A DNA stretch of 64,000 nucleotides from Micromonosporaceae bacterium (GCA_009377645.1 WHTQ01000003.1:21528-85527), one strand, 5' to 3'. Counted from the first letter of the stretch, positions 51,013 through 60,446 are shown. A program made the numbers and translations. The notes: a model not told the origin generated them from the letters alone.

Positions 51013-52104
51013 CTATGTCTGACCCGGTCGACGGGCATCCCCACGGACGCCCGTTTCTTGTTCCTCTAGCAGCTCCAGGGCCACGGAGACGATCATGTCC
51101 TCCTGCCCACCGACGTATCCCTCCTCGCCGACCCGGGTGAGGATCTTGTGCGCCGGCACGCCGTACCGCTCGGCGGCGCGTTCGGCGTGCAGCAGGAACG
51201 AGGAGTAGACCCCGGCGTAGCCCTGCACGATCGAGGGCCGATCCATGACCGGCATCCGGGGAATGTACGGACGTACGACCTCCTCGGCGGCGGCGAGGGT
51301 ACGTTGCACATCGACACCGGTTGGCACACCGAGCCGGTCGAACACCGCGGCCAGTACCTCGGTGGGCGAGTTGCCCGCGCCCGCGCCCAGCGCGCAGAGT
51401 GCTCCGTCGAGTTGGCGCGCTCCCGCCTCGTAGGCGAGCACGGAGTTGGCCACCCCGAGCGACATGTTCTGGTGGCCATGGAAGCCAACCTCAGCGTCCC
51501 GGCCGACTTCGGCGACCAGCGCCTGCACCCGCTCTTGGGTGTCTGAAAGCATCAGCGCACCGGCCGAGTCCACAACGTAGACACATTGGGCGCCGGCGTC
51601 CACCATGATCCGGGCCTGCTTGGCCAGAGTCGACGGGCTCGCCCGGTGACTCAACATCAGGAAACCCACCGTCTCCAGACCCAGGTCCCGCGCCACCCCG
51701 AAGTGCTGGACCGAGATGTCCGCCTCAGTGCAATGGGTCGCGATACGCACCACCGACATCCCGGCATCGGCCGCGCCGCGCATGTCCTCGACCGTGCCGA
51801 CACCTGGAAGCAGCAGGCATGCGATCCGAGCCGAGTGCGCCTCCTCCCGGGCGGCGCTAATCAACAGCAGCTCGTCCTGCCGGGAGAAGCCATAGTTGAA
51901 ACTTGACCCACCCAACCCGTCGCCGTGGGTCACTTCGACCAGCTCCACGCCGGCCGCGTCCAGCGCGTGCACCGTCGAGCGGACCTGCTCCTCAGTGAAC
52001 TGGTGCGCCATCGCGTGGCTGCCGTCACGCAGGGTCGAGTCGGTGATTCGCAGCGACGGACGGGAAGGCCCGGAACCGACGTCGCCCGTCACATCCCCAC
52101 TCAT
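51013..52104 (-). CDS. 4-hydroxy-2-oxovalerate aldolase (DmpG/MhpE/BphI type)
   Basis: [17 protein letters not shown] and [13 protein letters not shown]. It overlaps the upstream gene stop by 4 nt. Confidence 0.9.
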   Translation of the reverse strand: MSGDVTGDVGSGPSRPSLRITDSTLRDGSHAMAHQFTEEQVRSTVHALDAAGVELVEVTHGDGLGGSSFNYGFSRQDELLLISAAREEAHSARIACLLLPGVGTVEDMRGAADAGMSVVRIATHCTEADISVQHFGVARDLGLETVGFLMLSHRASPSTLAKQARIMVDAGAQCVYVVDSAGALMLSDTQERVQALVAEVGRDAEVGFHGHQNMSLGVANSVLAYEAGARQLDGALCALGAGAGNSPTEVLAAVFDRLGVPTGVDVQRTLAAAEEVVRPYIPRMPVMDRPSIVQGYAGVYSSFLLHAERAAERYGVPAHKILTRVGEEGYVGGQEDMIVSVALELLEEQETGVRGDARRPGQT

Positions 52105-53003
52105 CCCACCGTCCCCCGCTTCCGTTTCGCGAGCATGTCACCCACCCGAGCTGCCGCCGCGGTCATGATGTCAAGATTGCCGGCATAGGTCGGCAGGTGG
52201 TCCCCATTGCCACGGACCTCGAGAAACACCGCCACCCGGGCATCGCCGTTCCATCGTGGATCCGGATCGTCGAACTGCGGCTCAGCCCGCAGCATGTAGC
52301 CCGGGACATACTCCCGCACTGCCTCCACCATGGCCAGGACGCTCTTCGCGATAGCCTCCCGGTCGTGCTCTGCGGGCAAAGAACAGTAAACCGTGTCACG
52401 CATGATGACCGGCGGCTCCGCCGGGTTCAGTATGATCACCGCCTTGCCCCAACGAGCACCGCCCACCACTTCGATCCCCCGCGCGGTGGTCGCCGTGAAC
52501 TCATCGATGTTCGCCCGCGTACCGGGACCCGCCGAACGGGAAGCGATCGACGCGACGATCTCGGCATACTTGACCTCAGCCACGCGGCTGACCGCCGCCA
52601 CAACTGGAATGGTCGCCTGACCCCCGCAGGTGATCATATTTAGGTTCGGCTGGTCCTGGTACTCATCCAGGTTCACCACCGGCACTACAAACGGGCCCAC
52701 CGCCGCAGGAGTCAGGTCAACCACCTGGATACCCGCCCGCCGGTAGCGAGGCGCGTTCGCCGCATGCGCCTGCGCACTCGTCGCCTCAAACACCAACTCG
52801 GGCAGCTCATCCTGACCCAACAGCCAGTCCAACCCGCCCGCGGACGCCTCGACACCGAGTGCGGCAGCCCTACGCAGGCCGTCGGAATCCGGATCGACTC
52901 CCACCATCCACCGAGGCTCGACCCACTCGCTGCGCCGCAGCTTTACCAGCAGGTCCGTACCTATGTTGCCGGGGCCGACAATCGCGGCCCTCACTTTCCC
53001 CAT
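52101..53003 (-). CDS. Acetaldehyde dehydrogenase (acetylating) (DmpF/MhpF/BphJ type)
   Basis: [17 protein letters not shown] and the catalytic [11 protein letters not shown]. Start at the Met at 53003 after GGGAG. Confidence 0.9.
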   Translation of the reverse strand: MGKVRAAIVGPGNIGTDLLVKLRRSEWVEPRWMVGVDPDSDGLRRAAALGVEASAGGLDWLLGQDELPELVFEATSAQAHAANAPRYRRAGIQVVDLTPAAVGPFVVPVVNLDEYQDQPNLNMITCGGQATIPVVAAVSRVAEVKYAEIVASIASRSAGPGTRANIDEFTATTARGIEVVGGARWGKAVIILNPAEPPVIMRDTVYCSLPAEHDREAIAKSVLAMVEAVREYVPGYMLRAEPQFDDPDPRWNGDARVAVFLEVRGNGDHLPTYAGNLDIMTAAAARVGDMLAKRKRGTVG

Positions 53004-53252
53004 CCCGAGGCTCCCGCAAATCAATGCAAACACGACGATACGAGACGACCCGTCCGCGGGAGCCGCCTGACCGAGAGACCGACTCGATACCCGCAGATTC
53101 TGCAAAAGGCCACGTACCGACGACAAGGGCTTGGTTCCGGTGACCGAGACGCGCCTCGCAGCTAGCGGGTGTAGTGGTCACCCGGCTGGAAGCCCGTCGT
53201 TGTTACGGGACTCGCCGGCGATCCGTCCCGCGCCGGGCCTAGCCTGGCAAGC

Positions 53253-53420
53253 ATGCGGTTCGAGCAGCGGTTGCGGGACGGGATCGCGGACGGGTCGGTG
53301 ACGGTCATGTTCCGCCGGTGGCGGCGCACCCAGGCGGTGGCCGGGCACCGGTACCGGACCGGCCGCTCGATGATCGAGGTCCGGGCGGTCGTCGGCGCCG
53401 GCCACGAAGCCATCCAGTGA
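53253..53420 (+). pseudogene. N-terminal stub of an ASCH-like gene (55 codons)
   Basis: MRFEQRLRDGIADGSVTVMFRRWRRTQAVAGHRYRTG... resembles the N-termini of small actinobacterial ASCH-domain proteins as I recall them. It is truncated where it runs into the antisense stub. Confidence 0.35.
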
Positions 53421-53450
53421 CATCGACATTGCCGTGAGGATTCTGGTCAT
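53380..53450 (-). pseudogene. N-terminal stub of a RibD_C/dihydrofolate-reductase-family gene (~23 codons)
   Basis: GGGAGTGGGACGA then ATG, reading MTRILTAMSMSLDGFVAGADDRP, the characteristic N-terminus of this family. Similarity is lost beyond that. The rest of ORF 53178..54536 is an artefact. Confidence 0.35.
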
Positions 53451-53579
53451 TCGTCCCACTCCCTGATCGGGGTGCCCCGGTGGGCACCGCTGGGACGATG
53501 ACGAAGCCGCCGGCCGGAACTCGACCCAACCGCGTACTGTCGCAGTCGGCAGATGTCGCCGGCACCAGGGAGCCCGTCG

Positions 53580-54239
53580 ATGACCGACACCTACCAACCG
53601 ACCGAGCGGACCACCGCCAGCCGGGAGCGGCAGCGGATGTCCTACGACAGCGCGGCGGTGCACGCGGTGCTGGACGAGGCGTACCACTGCCACCTGTCGT
53701 TCGTGGTCGACGGCCAGCCGCGCGTACTGCCCACCCTGCAGGTGCGGATCGGGGAGACGGTGTTCGTGCACGGCTCCACCGGCAGCCGGCCGCTGCTGGC
53801 CGCCAGCGGCCCCGCCGGCTTGCCGGTGTGCCTGGCGGTGACCCTGCTGGACGGGCTGGTCTTCGCCCGCTCGCAGTTCCACCACTCGGCCAACTACCGG
53901 TCGGTGGTGGTGCACGGCACCGCCCGGCTGGTCGAGGGCGACGACACCAAGCGGGAGGTGCTGGCCGCGCTGCTGGACAAGTTCGCCCCCGGCAGGTCCA
54001 CCGACACCCGCCCGCCGACCCGCAAGGAGCTGGCCGAGACCGCGCTGCTGGCGGTGCCGCTGGCCGAGGCGTCGCTGCGGTCCCGGACCGGTGGGGTGGT
54101 GGAGGAACCGGAGGACCTGACCCTGCCGCACTGGGCCGGAGTGGTGCCGCTGCGGCTGACCCCGGGCGCCCCGCAGCCGGAGCCGGATGTGGCCACCCCC
54201 ACCCCGGCGTATCTGCCAGGAGCGCCGGCCCGCCGCTAG
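53580..54239 (+). CDS. Pyridoxamine 5'-phosphate oxidase-like FMN-binding protein
   Basis: SYDSAAVHAVLDEAYHCHLSFVVDGQPRVLPTL...VHGSTGSR. I prefer the Met at 53580 (RBS AGGGAG). Confidence 0.8.
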   Translation: MTDTYQPTERTTASRERQRMSYDSAAVHAVLDEAYHCHLSFVVDGQPRVLPTLQVRIGETVFVHGSTGSRPLLAASGPAGLPVCLAVTLLDGLVFARSQFHHSANYRSVVVHGTARLVEGDDTKREVLAALLDKFAPGRSTDTRPPTRKELAETALLAVPLAEASLRSRTGGVVEEPEDLTLPHWAGVVPLRLTPGAPQPEPDVATPTPAYLPGAPARR

Positions 54240-54248
54240 GGTCGGGGG

Positions 54249-54671
54249 ATGGAGCCGTTTCGGGTACGGATCGGAGTACGCGGCTACGAGCTCGACCCGC
54301 AGGGGCACGTGAACCAGGCCGTCTACCTGCAGTACGCCGAGCACGCCCGGTGGGAGTTTCTGCGAGCCGCCGGGATCGGCCCGGACACGCTGCTGGCCGC
54401 CGGCGTCGGCCCGGCCGCGCTGGAGAACACCATCCGCTACCGGGCGGAGCTGCGCGGCGGGGACGAGGTGGACGTGAGCTGCGAGTTCACCTGGCCCACC
54501 AGCGGCCGGACGTTCCGGATCGCCCAGCAGTACCACCGGCCGGACGGCACCCTGGTGGCCGAGCTGACCGCGGTGGCGGGGATGCTGGATCTGGCCCAGC
54601 GCAAGCTGGTGGCCGACCCGGCCGAGCAGCTCCGGGCGCTGGCCGGCGCCCCAGAGGTGCTCGGGCTCTGA
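54249..54671 (+). CDS. Acyl-CoA thioesterase (hotdog, 4HBT/YbgC-like)
   Basis: RVRIGVRGYELDPQGHVNQAVYLQYAEHARWEFL. Confidence 0.8.
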   Translation: MEPFRVRIGVRGYELDPQGHVNQAVYLQYAEHARWEFLRAAGIGPDTLLAAGVGPAALENTIRYRAELRGGDEVDVSCEFTWPTSGRTFRIAQQYHRPDGTLVAELTAVAGMLDLAQRKLVADPAEQLRALAGAPEVLGL

Positions 54672-54746
54672 GCGCCGGCTACCGGGTGCGGCCGCTTACT
54701 TGACGCAGCCCCTGCCCGCCCCGGTCCGCCCCGGTCCGGCACCGGG

Positions 54747-57700
54747 ATGTCGTACCGGGTGGGCATGATGGGAGCCGTGGACACAACAGGCTTCGGGGCG
54801 GCGACGCGGGCGTGGTTCGATGCGGCGTTCGCCGAGCCCACGGCCGCCCAGACCGGGGCCTGGCGGGCGGTCAGCGCCGGGCGGCACGTGCTGGTGGTGG
54901 CGCCGACCGGCTCCGGCAAGACGCTGGCGGCGTTCCTCTGGTCGCTGGACCGGCTGGCCACCCATCCTGCGCCGGCTGAGCGGCTGCACCGGTGCCGGGT
55001 GCTCTACGTCAGCCCGCTCAAGGCGCTCGCCGTGGACGTGGAGCGCAACCTGCGGGCCCCGCTGACCGGGATCCGGCAGGCCGCCGCCCGGCTCGGCGAG
55101 CCGGTGCCGGAGATCTCGGTCGGGATGCGCACCGGCGACACCCCGACCGAGGCCCGCCGGGCGTTCGCCCGCCGGCCGCCGGACATCCTGATCACCACCC
55201 CCGAGTCGCTGTTCCTGCTGCTCACCTCGTCGGCCCGGGAGGCGCTGCGGGGGGTGGAGACGGTGATCGTCGACGAGGTGCACGCGGTCGCCGCCAGCAA
55301 GCGGGGCGCCCACCTGGCGCTGTCGCTGGAGCGGCTGGATGCGCTGCTGCCCCGGCCGGCGCAACGGGTCGGGCTGTCCGCGACGGTCCGCCCGGTCGAG
55401 GAGGTGGCCCGGTTCCTGGGTGGGGCGGCGCCGGTCGAGGTGGTGCTCCCGCCGTCGGCCAAGACCATCGACGTGAGCGTGCAGGTGCCGGTCGAGGACA
55501 TGACCGCCCCGGAGGTCCCGGCCGGCGACGGCGGCGGCAACGGCGGCGATCCGGGCGACGACGAGCAGCCCCGACGGCCGTCGATCTGGCCGGCGGTCGA
55601 GCAGCGGGTCTTCGAGCTGGTCCGGGCGCACCGGTCGACGATCGTGTTCACCAACGGCCGCCGGGCGGCCGAGCGGCTGTGCGCCCGGCTGAACGAGATC
55701 GCGGCCGGCAGCCCGCCGCCGGAGACCGTGCCGGCCGAGATCATGGCGCAGTCCGGGGCCGCGGCCGGCTCACCGCCGGTGATCGCCCGGGCCCACCACG
55801 GCAGCGTGTCCAAGGAGGAGCGCAAGCAGATCGAGGAGGCGCTCAAGTCCGGCACCCTGCCGGCGGTGGTCGCCACCAGCTCGCTGGAGCTGGGCATCGA
55901 CATGGGCGCGGTCGACCTGGTGGTGCAGGTGGAGGCGCCGCCGTCGGTGGCCGCCGGGCTGCAGCGGATCGGCCGGGCCGGGCACCAGGTGGGTGCGGTC
56001 TCCTCCGGGGTGGTCTTCCCGAAGCACCGCGGCGACCTGCTCTCGTGCGCGGTGGTGGCGCAGCGGATGACCGACGGCCAGATCGAGGAGCTGCGCTATC
56101 CGCGCAACCCGCTGGACGTGCTGGCCCAGCAGGTGGTGGCGATGGTCGCGCTCGACTCGTGGCCGGTGGCCGACCTCGCGGCCCTGCTGCGCCGGGCGGC
56201 GCCGTTTGCGGAGCTGCCCGACTCGGCGCTGTACGCGGTGCTGGACATGCTCTCCGGCCGCTACCCGTCCACCGCGTTCGCGGAGCTGCGGCCCCGGCTG
56301 GTGTGGGACCGCGACACCGACCTGCTCACCGGTCGCCGCGGGGCCCAGCACCTGGCGGTCACCAGCGGCGGCACGATCCCGGACCGCGGGTTGTTCGGGG
56401 TCTTCCTGGCCGGCGCGGACAAACCTGTCCGGGTCGGCGAGCTGGATGAGGAGATGGTCTACGAGTCGCGGGTCGGCGACGTGTTCCTGCTCGGCTCCAC
56501 CTCCTGGCGGATCGAGGACATCACCCCCGACCGGGTGCTGGTCACCCCGGCTCCCGGCCAGCCGGCCCGGATGCCGTTCTGGAAGGGGGACGCCCCCGGC
56601 CGGCCGCTGGAGCTGGGCCGCGCGCTCGGCGCCCGGCTGCGGGAGCTGTCCACGCTGGACCGCGAGTCCGCCGCCGCACAGCTGCGGGCCGGCGGGCTGG
56701 ACGGCTGGGCCACCGGCAACCTGCTGACCTACCTGGCCGACCAGCGGGAAGCGGTCCGGGCACTGCCGGACGACCGCACCGTGGTGGTGGAGCGATTCCG
56801 GGACGAGCTGGGCGACTGGCGGATGGCCGTCCACTGTGTGCTCGGTGCGAAGGTGAACGGGCCGTGGGCACTGGCGGTGGGGCAGCGCCTGCAGGAGCGG
56901 TACGGGGTGGACGCGCAGGTGGTGCCGTCCGACGACGGGATCGTGGTGCGGCTGCCGGACCTGCTCGACGAGCCGCCCAGCGCCGACCTGGTCGCCTTCG
57001 ACCCGGACGAGATCGGCCCGGTGGTGGAGGCGGCGGTGGGCGGCTCGGCGCTGTTCGCGTCCCGGTTCCGGGAGTGCGCGGCCCGGGCGCTGCTGCTGCC
57101 CCGCCGCGACCCGCGCCGCCGGCAGCCGCTGTGGCAGCAGCGCCAGCGGGCCGCCCAGCTGCTGGACGTGGCCCGGGAGTTCGCCGACTTCCCGATCACC
57201 CTGGAGGCGGCCCGGGAGTGCCTGCGGGACGTGTTCGACCTGCCCGGGCTGGTCACCCTGATGCGGGAGCTGGCCGGCCGGAAGGTCCGGCTGGTGGAGG
57301 TGGAGACCCCGAAGCCGTCGCCGTTCGCGCGCTCGCTGCTGTTCGGCTATGTGGGAGCCTTCCTGTACGAGGGGGACGCGCCGCTGGCCGAGCGGCGGGC
57401 GGCCGCACTGGCGCTGGACTCGACCCTGCTCGGCGAGCTGCTCGGCCGGGTGGACCTGCGGGAGCTGCTGGATCCGGCGGTGGTCGCCGAGACCGAGCGG
57501 CAGCTGCAGTGGTTGCACGAGACCCGGCGGGTGCGGGACGCCGAGGACGCGGCCGAGCTGCTGCGGGTGCTCGGCGACCTGTCCACCGCCGAGTGCGCGC
57601 AGCGGGGCGCGGAACCGGGCTGGCTGGACGAGCTAGCCGCGGCCCGGCGGGCGATCCCGGTGCGGATCGCCGGTCAGGAGCGCTGGATGGGGGTGGAGGA

Positions 57701-59375
57701 CGCCGGGCGTTATGCCCAGGCGCTGGGGGTGGCGCTGCCGGTCGGGGTGCCGGAGGCGCACCTGGCCCCGGTCGCCGACCCGCTCGGCGACCTGGTTGCC
57801 CGGTTCGCGCGTACCCATGGCCCGTTCGAGACCGCCACCGTCGCGGCCCGATTCGGCCTCGGCGTGGCGGTGGTCGACCATGCGCTGCACCGGCTGGCCG
57901 CCGCCGGCCGGCTGGTGGCCGGCGAGCTGTCCCCGGAGGCGGCCGGGGTGCAGTGGTGCGACGCCGAGGTGCTGCGGATGCTGCGGCGGCGGTCGCTGGC
58001 CGCGCTACGTCGCGAGATCGAGCCGGTGCCGCCGCAGACGCTCGCCCGCCTCCTGCCGCAGTGGCAGCAGGTCGGCGGGGCGGCCGCCGGGGCGGCGGCG
58101 GTAGCCGCGGCGGTCGAGCAGCTGCAGGGGGTGCCGCTGCCCGGCTCGGCGCTGGAGCGGCTGGTGCTTCCGGCGCGGGTCGCCGACTACTCCCCGGCGT
58201 TCCTAGACGAGCTGTGCGCCAGCGGGGAGGTCACCTGGACCGGGGCCGGTGCGGTCGGGACCGGCGACGGGTGGGTGGTGCTCGCCTACGCCGACACCGC
58301 CGGGCTGCTGCTGCCGCCGCCGGACCAGGCGTTACGCCTGACCCCGCTGCACGCCGCCGTGCTGGCGGCGCTGGCGGACGGGCAGGCGTTGTTCTTCCGG
58401 GGGCTGGCCGACCGGGTGTCGGCGGCCGCCGCCCCGGAGCCGGTGGACGACCCGGCGCTGGTGGCGGCGATCTGGGATCTGGTGTGGGCCGGACACCTGT
58501 CCAACGACACGCTGGCCCCGCTGCGGGCGCTGCTGTCCGGCGGCGGCGGCGCGCACCGGCGGCGGCCGGCACCGGCCCGGTCCCGCTACGTCTCCGGCGA
58601 CCGCCCGGGGCTGGGCGGCAGGTCCGGGCGGGCCGGGCTGGGCCGGTCCGGCCGGGTGGCGCTGCCCTCGCGGACCGGCCCGCCGACGGTGGCCGGCCGG
58701 TGGCACCGGCTGCCGGACCGCGACCCGGACCCGACCCGGCGGGCAGCGGCGCTGGTCGATGTCCTGCTGGAACGGCACGGGGTGCTTACCCGCGGGGCGG
58801 TGGCGGCGGAGGGGCCGACCGGCGGGTTCGCCGGGGTCTATCCGGTGCTGGCGGCGCTGGAGGAGCGCGGGACGGCCCGGCGAGGTTACTTCGTGGAGGG
58901 GCTGGGTGCCGCCCAGTTCGCGGTGCCCGGGGCGGTCGACCGGCTGCGGGCGCTGGCCGAGCCGGACCGGCACCGGCACCGTCCGGCGGCGCCGCTGGTG
59001 CTGGCCGCGACCGACCCGGCCAACCCGTACGGTGCCGCCCTGCCCTGGCCGGAGCGGCCGGTCGACGCCGGCGACGACGCCCGCCCGACCGGACACCGGG
59101 CCGGCCGCAAGGCTGGCGCGCTGGTCGTGATCGTCGCCGGCGAGCTGGCCCTCTACGTGGAGCGGGGCGGCCGGACCGTGCTGTCCTACACCGAGGACCC
59201 GGACGGGTTGGCGGCCGCCGCGAAGGCGCTCGCCGGCGCGGTGCACGCCGGTGCGCTGGGCGCGATCTCGGTGGAGCGCGCCGACGGCGGTGCGGTGCAC
59301 GCCTCCCCGCTGCGGGACGCGCTGACCGCCGCCGGGTTCCGGGTCACCCCCCGCGGCCTGCGGTTGCGCGCCTGA
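54747..59375 (+). CDS. lhr: ATP-dependent helicase Lhr (large helicase-related)
   Basis: 1542 aa. Motif I APTGSGKT, DEVH box, SAT, and helicase C (ARAHHGSVSKEER...ATSSLELGID), plus the long Lhr-specific C-terminal extension. The exact start is uncertain. Confidence 0.9.
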   Translation: MSYRVGMMGAVDTTGFGAATRAWFDAAFAEPTAAQTGAWRAVSAGRHVLVVAPTGSGKTLAAFLWSLDRLATHPAPAERLHRCRVLYVSPLKALAVDVERNLRAPLTGIRQAAARLGEPVPEISVGMRTGDTPTEARRAFARRPPDILITTPESLFLLLTSSAREALRGVETVIVDEVHAVAASKRGAHLALSLERLDALLPRPAQRVGLSATVRPVEEVARFLGGAAPVEVVLPPSAKTIDVSVQVPVEDMTAPEVPAGDGGGNGGDPGDDEQPRRPSIWPAVEQRVFELVRAHRSTIVFTNGRRAAERLCARLNEIAAGSPPPETVPAEIMAQSGAAAGSPPVIARAHHGSVSKEERKQIEEALKSGTLPAVVATSSLELGIDMGAVDLVVQVEAPPSVAAGLQRIGRAGHQVGAVSSGVVFPKHRGDLLSCAVVAQRMTDGQIEELRYPRNPLDVLAQQVVAMVALDSWPVADLAALLRRAAPFAELPDSALYAVLDMLSGRYPSTAFAELRPRLVWDRDTDLLTGRRGAQHLAVTSGGTIPDRGLFGVFLAGADKPVRVGELDEEMVYESRVGDVFLLGSTSWRIEDITPDRVLVTPAPGQPARMPFWKGDAPGRPLELGRALGARLRELSTLDRESAAAQLRAGGLDGWATGNLLTYLADQREAVRALPDDRTVVVERFRDELGDWRMAVHCVLGAKVNGPWALAVGQRLQERYGVDAQVVPSDDGIVVRLPDLLDEPPSADLVAFDPDEIGPVVEAAVGGSALFASRFRECAARALLLPRRDPRRRQPLWQQRQRAAQLLDVAREFADFPITLEAARECLRDVFDLPGLVTLMRELAGRKVRLVEVETPKPSPFARSLLFGYVGAFLYEGDAPLAERRAAALALDSTLLGELLGRVDLRELLDPAVVAETERQLQWLHETRRVRDAEDAAELLRVLGDLSTAECAQRGAEPGWLDELAAARRAIPVRIAGQERWMGVEDAGRYAQALGVALPVGVPEAHLAPVADPLGDLVARFARTHGPFETATVAARFGLGVAVVDHALHRLAAAGRLVAGELSPEAAGVQWCDAEVLRMLRRRSLAALRREIEPVPPQTLARLLPQWQQVGGAAAGAAAVAAAVEQLQGVPLPGSALERLVLPARVADYSPAFLDELCASGEVTWTGAGAVGTGDGWVVLAYADTAGLLLPPPDQALRLTPLHAAVLAALADGQALFFRGLADRVSAAAAPEPVDDPALVAAIWDLVWAGHLSNDTLAPLRALLSGGGGAHRRRPAPARSRYVSGDRPGLGGRSGRAGLGRSGRVALPSRTGPPTVAGRWHRLPDRDPDPTRRAAALVDVLLERHGVLTRGAVAAEGPTGGFAGVYPVLAALEERGTARRGYFVEGLGAAQFAVPGAVDRLRALAEPDRHRHRPAAPLVLAATDPANPYGAALPWPERPVDAGDDARPTGHRAGRKAGALVVIVAGELALYVERGGRTVLSYTEDPDGLAAAAKALAGAVHAGALGAISVERADGGAVHASPLRDALTAAGFRVTPRGLRLRA

Positions 59376-59455
59376 GTGCCATCCACACCGGACTGGCCGG
59401 GCACGCCACCGAGCTGACCCGTTCGCGCTGCGCACCGGCCCGGTCAACTGACCGG

Positions 59456-59902
59456 TCAGCCGCCAGCCATGCCGTCGACCCGGCGCTGGACCTCGGCTGC
59501 GGTAAGGTCCTCGATCTGCTGGGAGATCATCCACTGGTGTCCGAACGGGTCGGCGAGCCGCCCACCCCGCTCCCCGTGCGGCTGGTCGGCCACCGGATAG
59601 ATCACCGTCGCCCCGGCGGCGAGCATGGCGCCGGCTACCGCGTCGGCGTCGTCGACCTGCAGTGCGATGATCACCGGTGTGCCGCCGAGCGTGGCCGGCG
59701 CCAGGTCGCCGTCGCCCTCATCCTTGAGCGCGATCGTGGTGCCGGCGACGTCGAGCTCAGCGTGCACGATCTTCCCGGCCGGGTTGGTGTAGCGGGCCAC
59801 CTCCGTGGCCCCGAGCGCCGCCCGGTAGAAGTCGATCGCCGCCGCGCCTTCCGAGACCACCAGCCGGGCGTAGACCCCGACGATGTGGGAGTTCATTGTC
59901 AT
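59456..59902 (-). CDS. VOC/glyoxalase family protein (PhnB-like)
   Basis: 148 aa, AIDFYRAALGATEVARY...GKIVHAELDV...RLADPFGHQWMI. Confidence 0.8.
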   Translation of the reverse strand: MTMNSHIVGVYARLVVSEGAAAIDFYRAALGATEVARYTNPAGKIVHAELDVAGTTIALKDEGDGDLAPATLGGTPVIIALQVDDADAVAGAMLAAGATVIYPVADQPHGERGGRLADPFGHQWMISQQIEDLTAAEVQRRVDGMAGG

Positions 59903-59971
59903 ACCCTATGGTCCCCCGGACGCCGGCGCCCGGATTGTAGAAATCCCCCCTACAGCGGAGTGTGGTTCTGC

Positions 59972-60154
59972 TCACCGGCCGACCGGGGCGCGTGCCCAGT
60001 CGCGCTCACTGTTCACCAGCAGCTGGGAGTGGCCGGTGGGCAGCGCCCGCTCCCGCGCGTGCGGTAGCCGGGCGCGGTAGTAGCCGATCGCGGAGATCAG
60101 CGGCGCCAGCGCCGACTCCGGCCGGCGTACCACCACCTGTCCCAGAACATCCAT
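59972..60154 (-). pseudogene. Possible N-terminal stub of an AraC-family regulator
   Basis: 60-aa ORF. ...ALAPLISAIGYY...RALPTGHSQLLVN resembles the N-terminal sensor region of AraC-type regulators. No HTH follows. Confidence 0.3.
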
Positions 60155-60446
60155 GTCACCGCCCAGGCTAGCGCGACCCGCCCGCTCACAACCGGGGCGG
60201 AAACTGGTCCCCTATCGGGAGGAGATAGGGGGAAGGACACGCGATGTGACCTGCGAAAACCACTCACCTATCCGGTACTACGATCACCGGAACGACGGAC
60301 GGTTCGGGCGCTCCACGCGCGGGAAGCACACCCGGGGGCGTTCAGCGCGCCCGCATCCACCGGGCCGGGAACATCCCGACCCCCGAACGGGTTCTTGCTT
60401 GAGCAAGTATCTTGGAGAACGACGTCGAGAGAAGAGAGGCACCGCC

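Noticed and set aside
53178-54536. 452-aa minus-strand ORF
   Set aside because: It is mostly antisense to the PNPOx-like gene. Only the ~23 codons after the Met at 53450 look like a real (truncated) gene, and those are reported separately as a stub.
54746-54775. RecA-NDp/PafBC-like motif at the lhr start (ATGTCGTAC-N8-CATGAT)
   Set aside because: The core TGTCG and the spacing fit, and lhr is PafBC-regulated in mycobacteria. However, the -10 part lacks the invariant first T and the motif overlaps the annotated start codon. That is too weak to call without TSS data.
56864-60067. 1067-aa plus-strand ORF in an alternative frame of lhr
   Set aside because: It overlaps the Lhr reading frame, which carries all the helicase motifs. 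Its extreme Arg/Gly/Ala/Pro content marks it as a GC artefact. The same reasoning applies to 54992..56449, 55770..57518(-), 58332..59534(-), 2014..3042, 3948..5408, 8814..10124(-), 9215..10924, 10921..12309, 13334..15244(-), 32903..34957 and similar ORFs.
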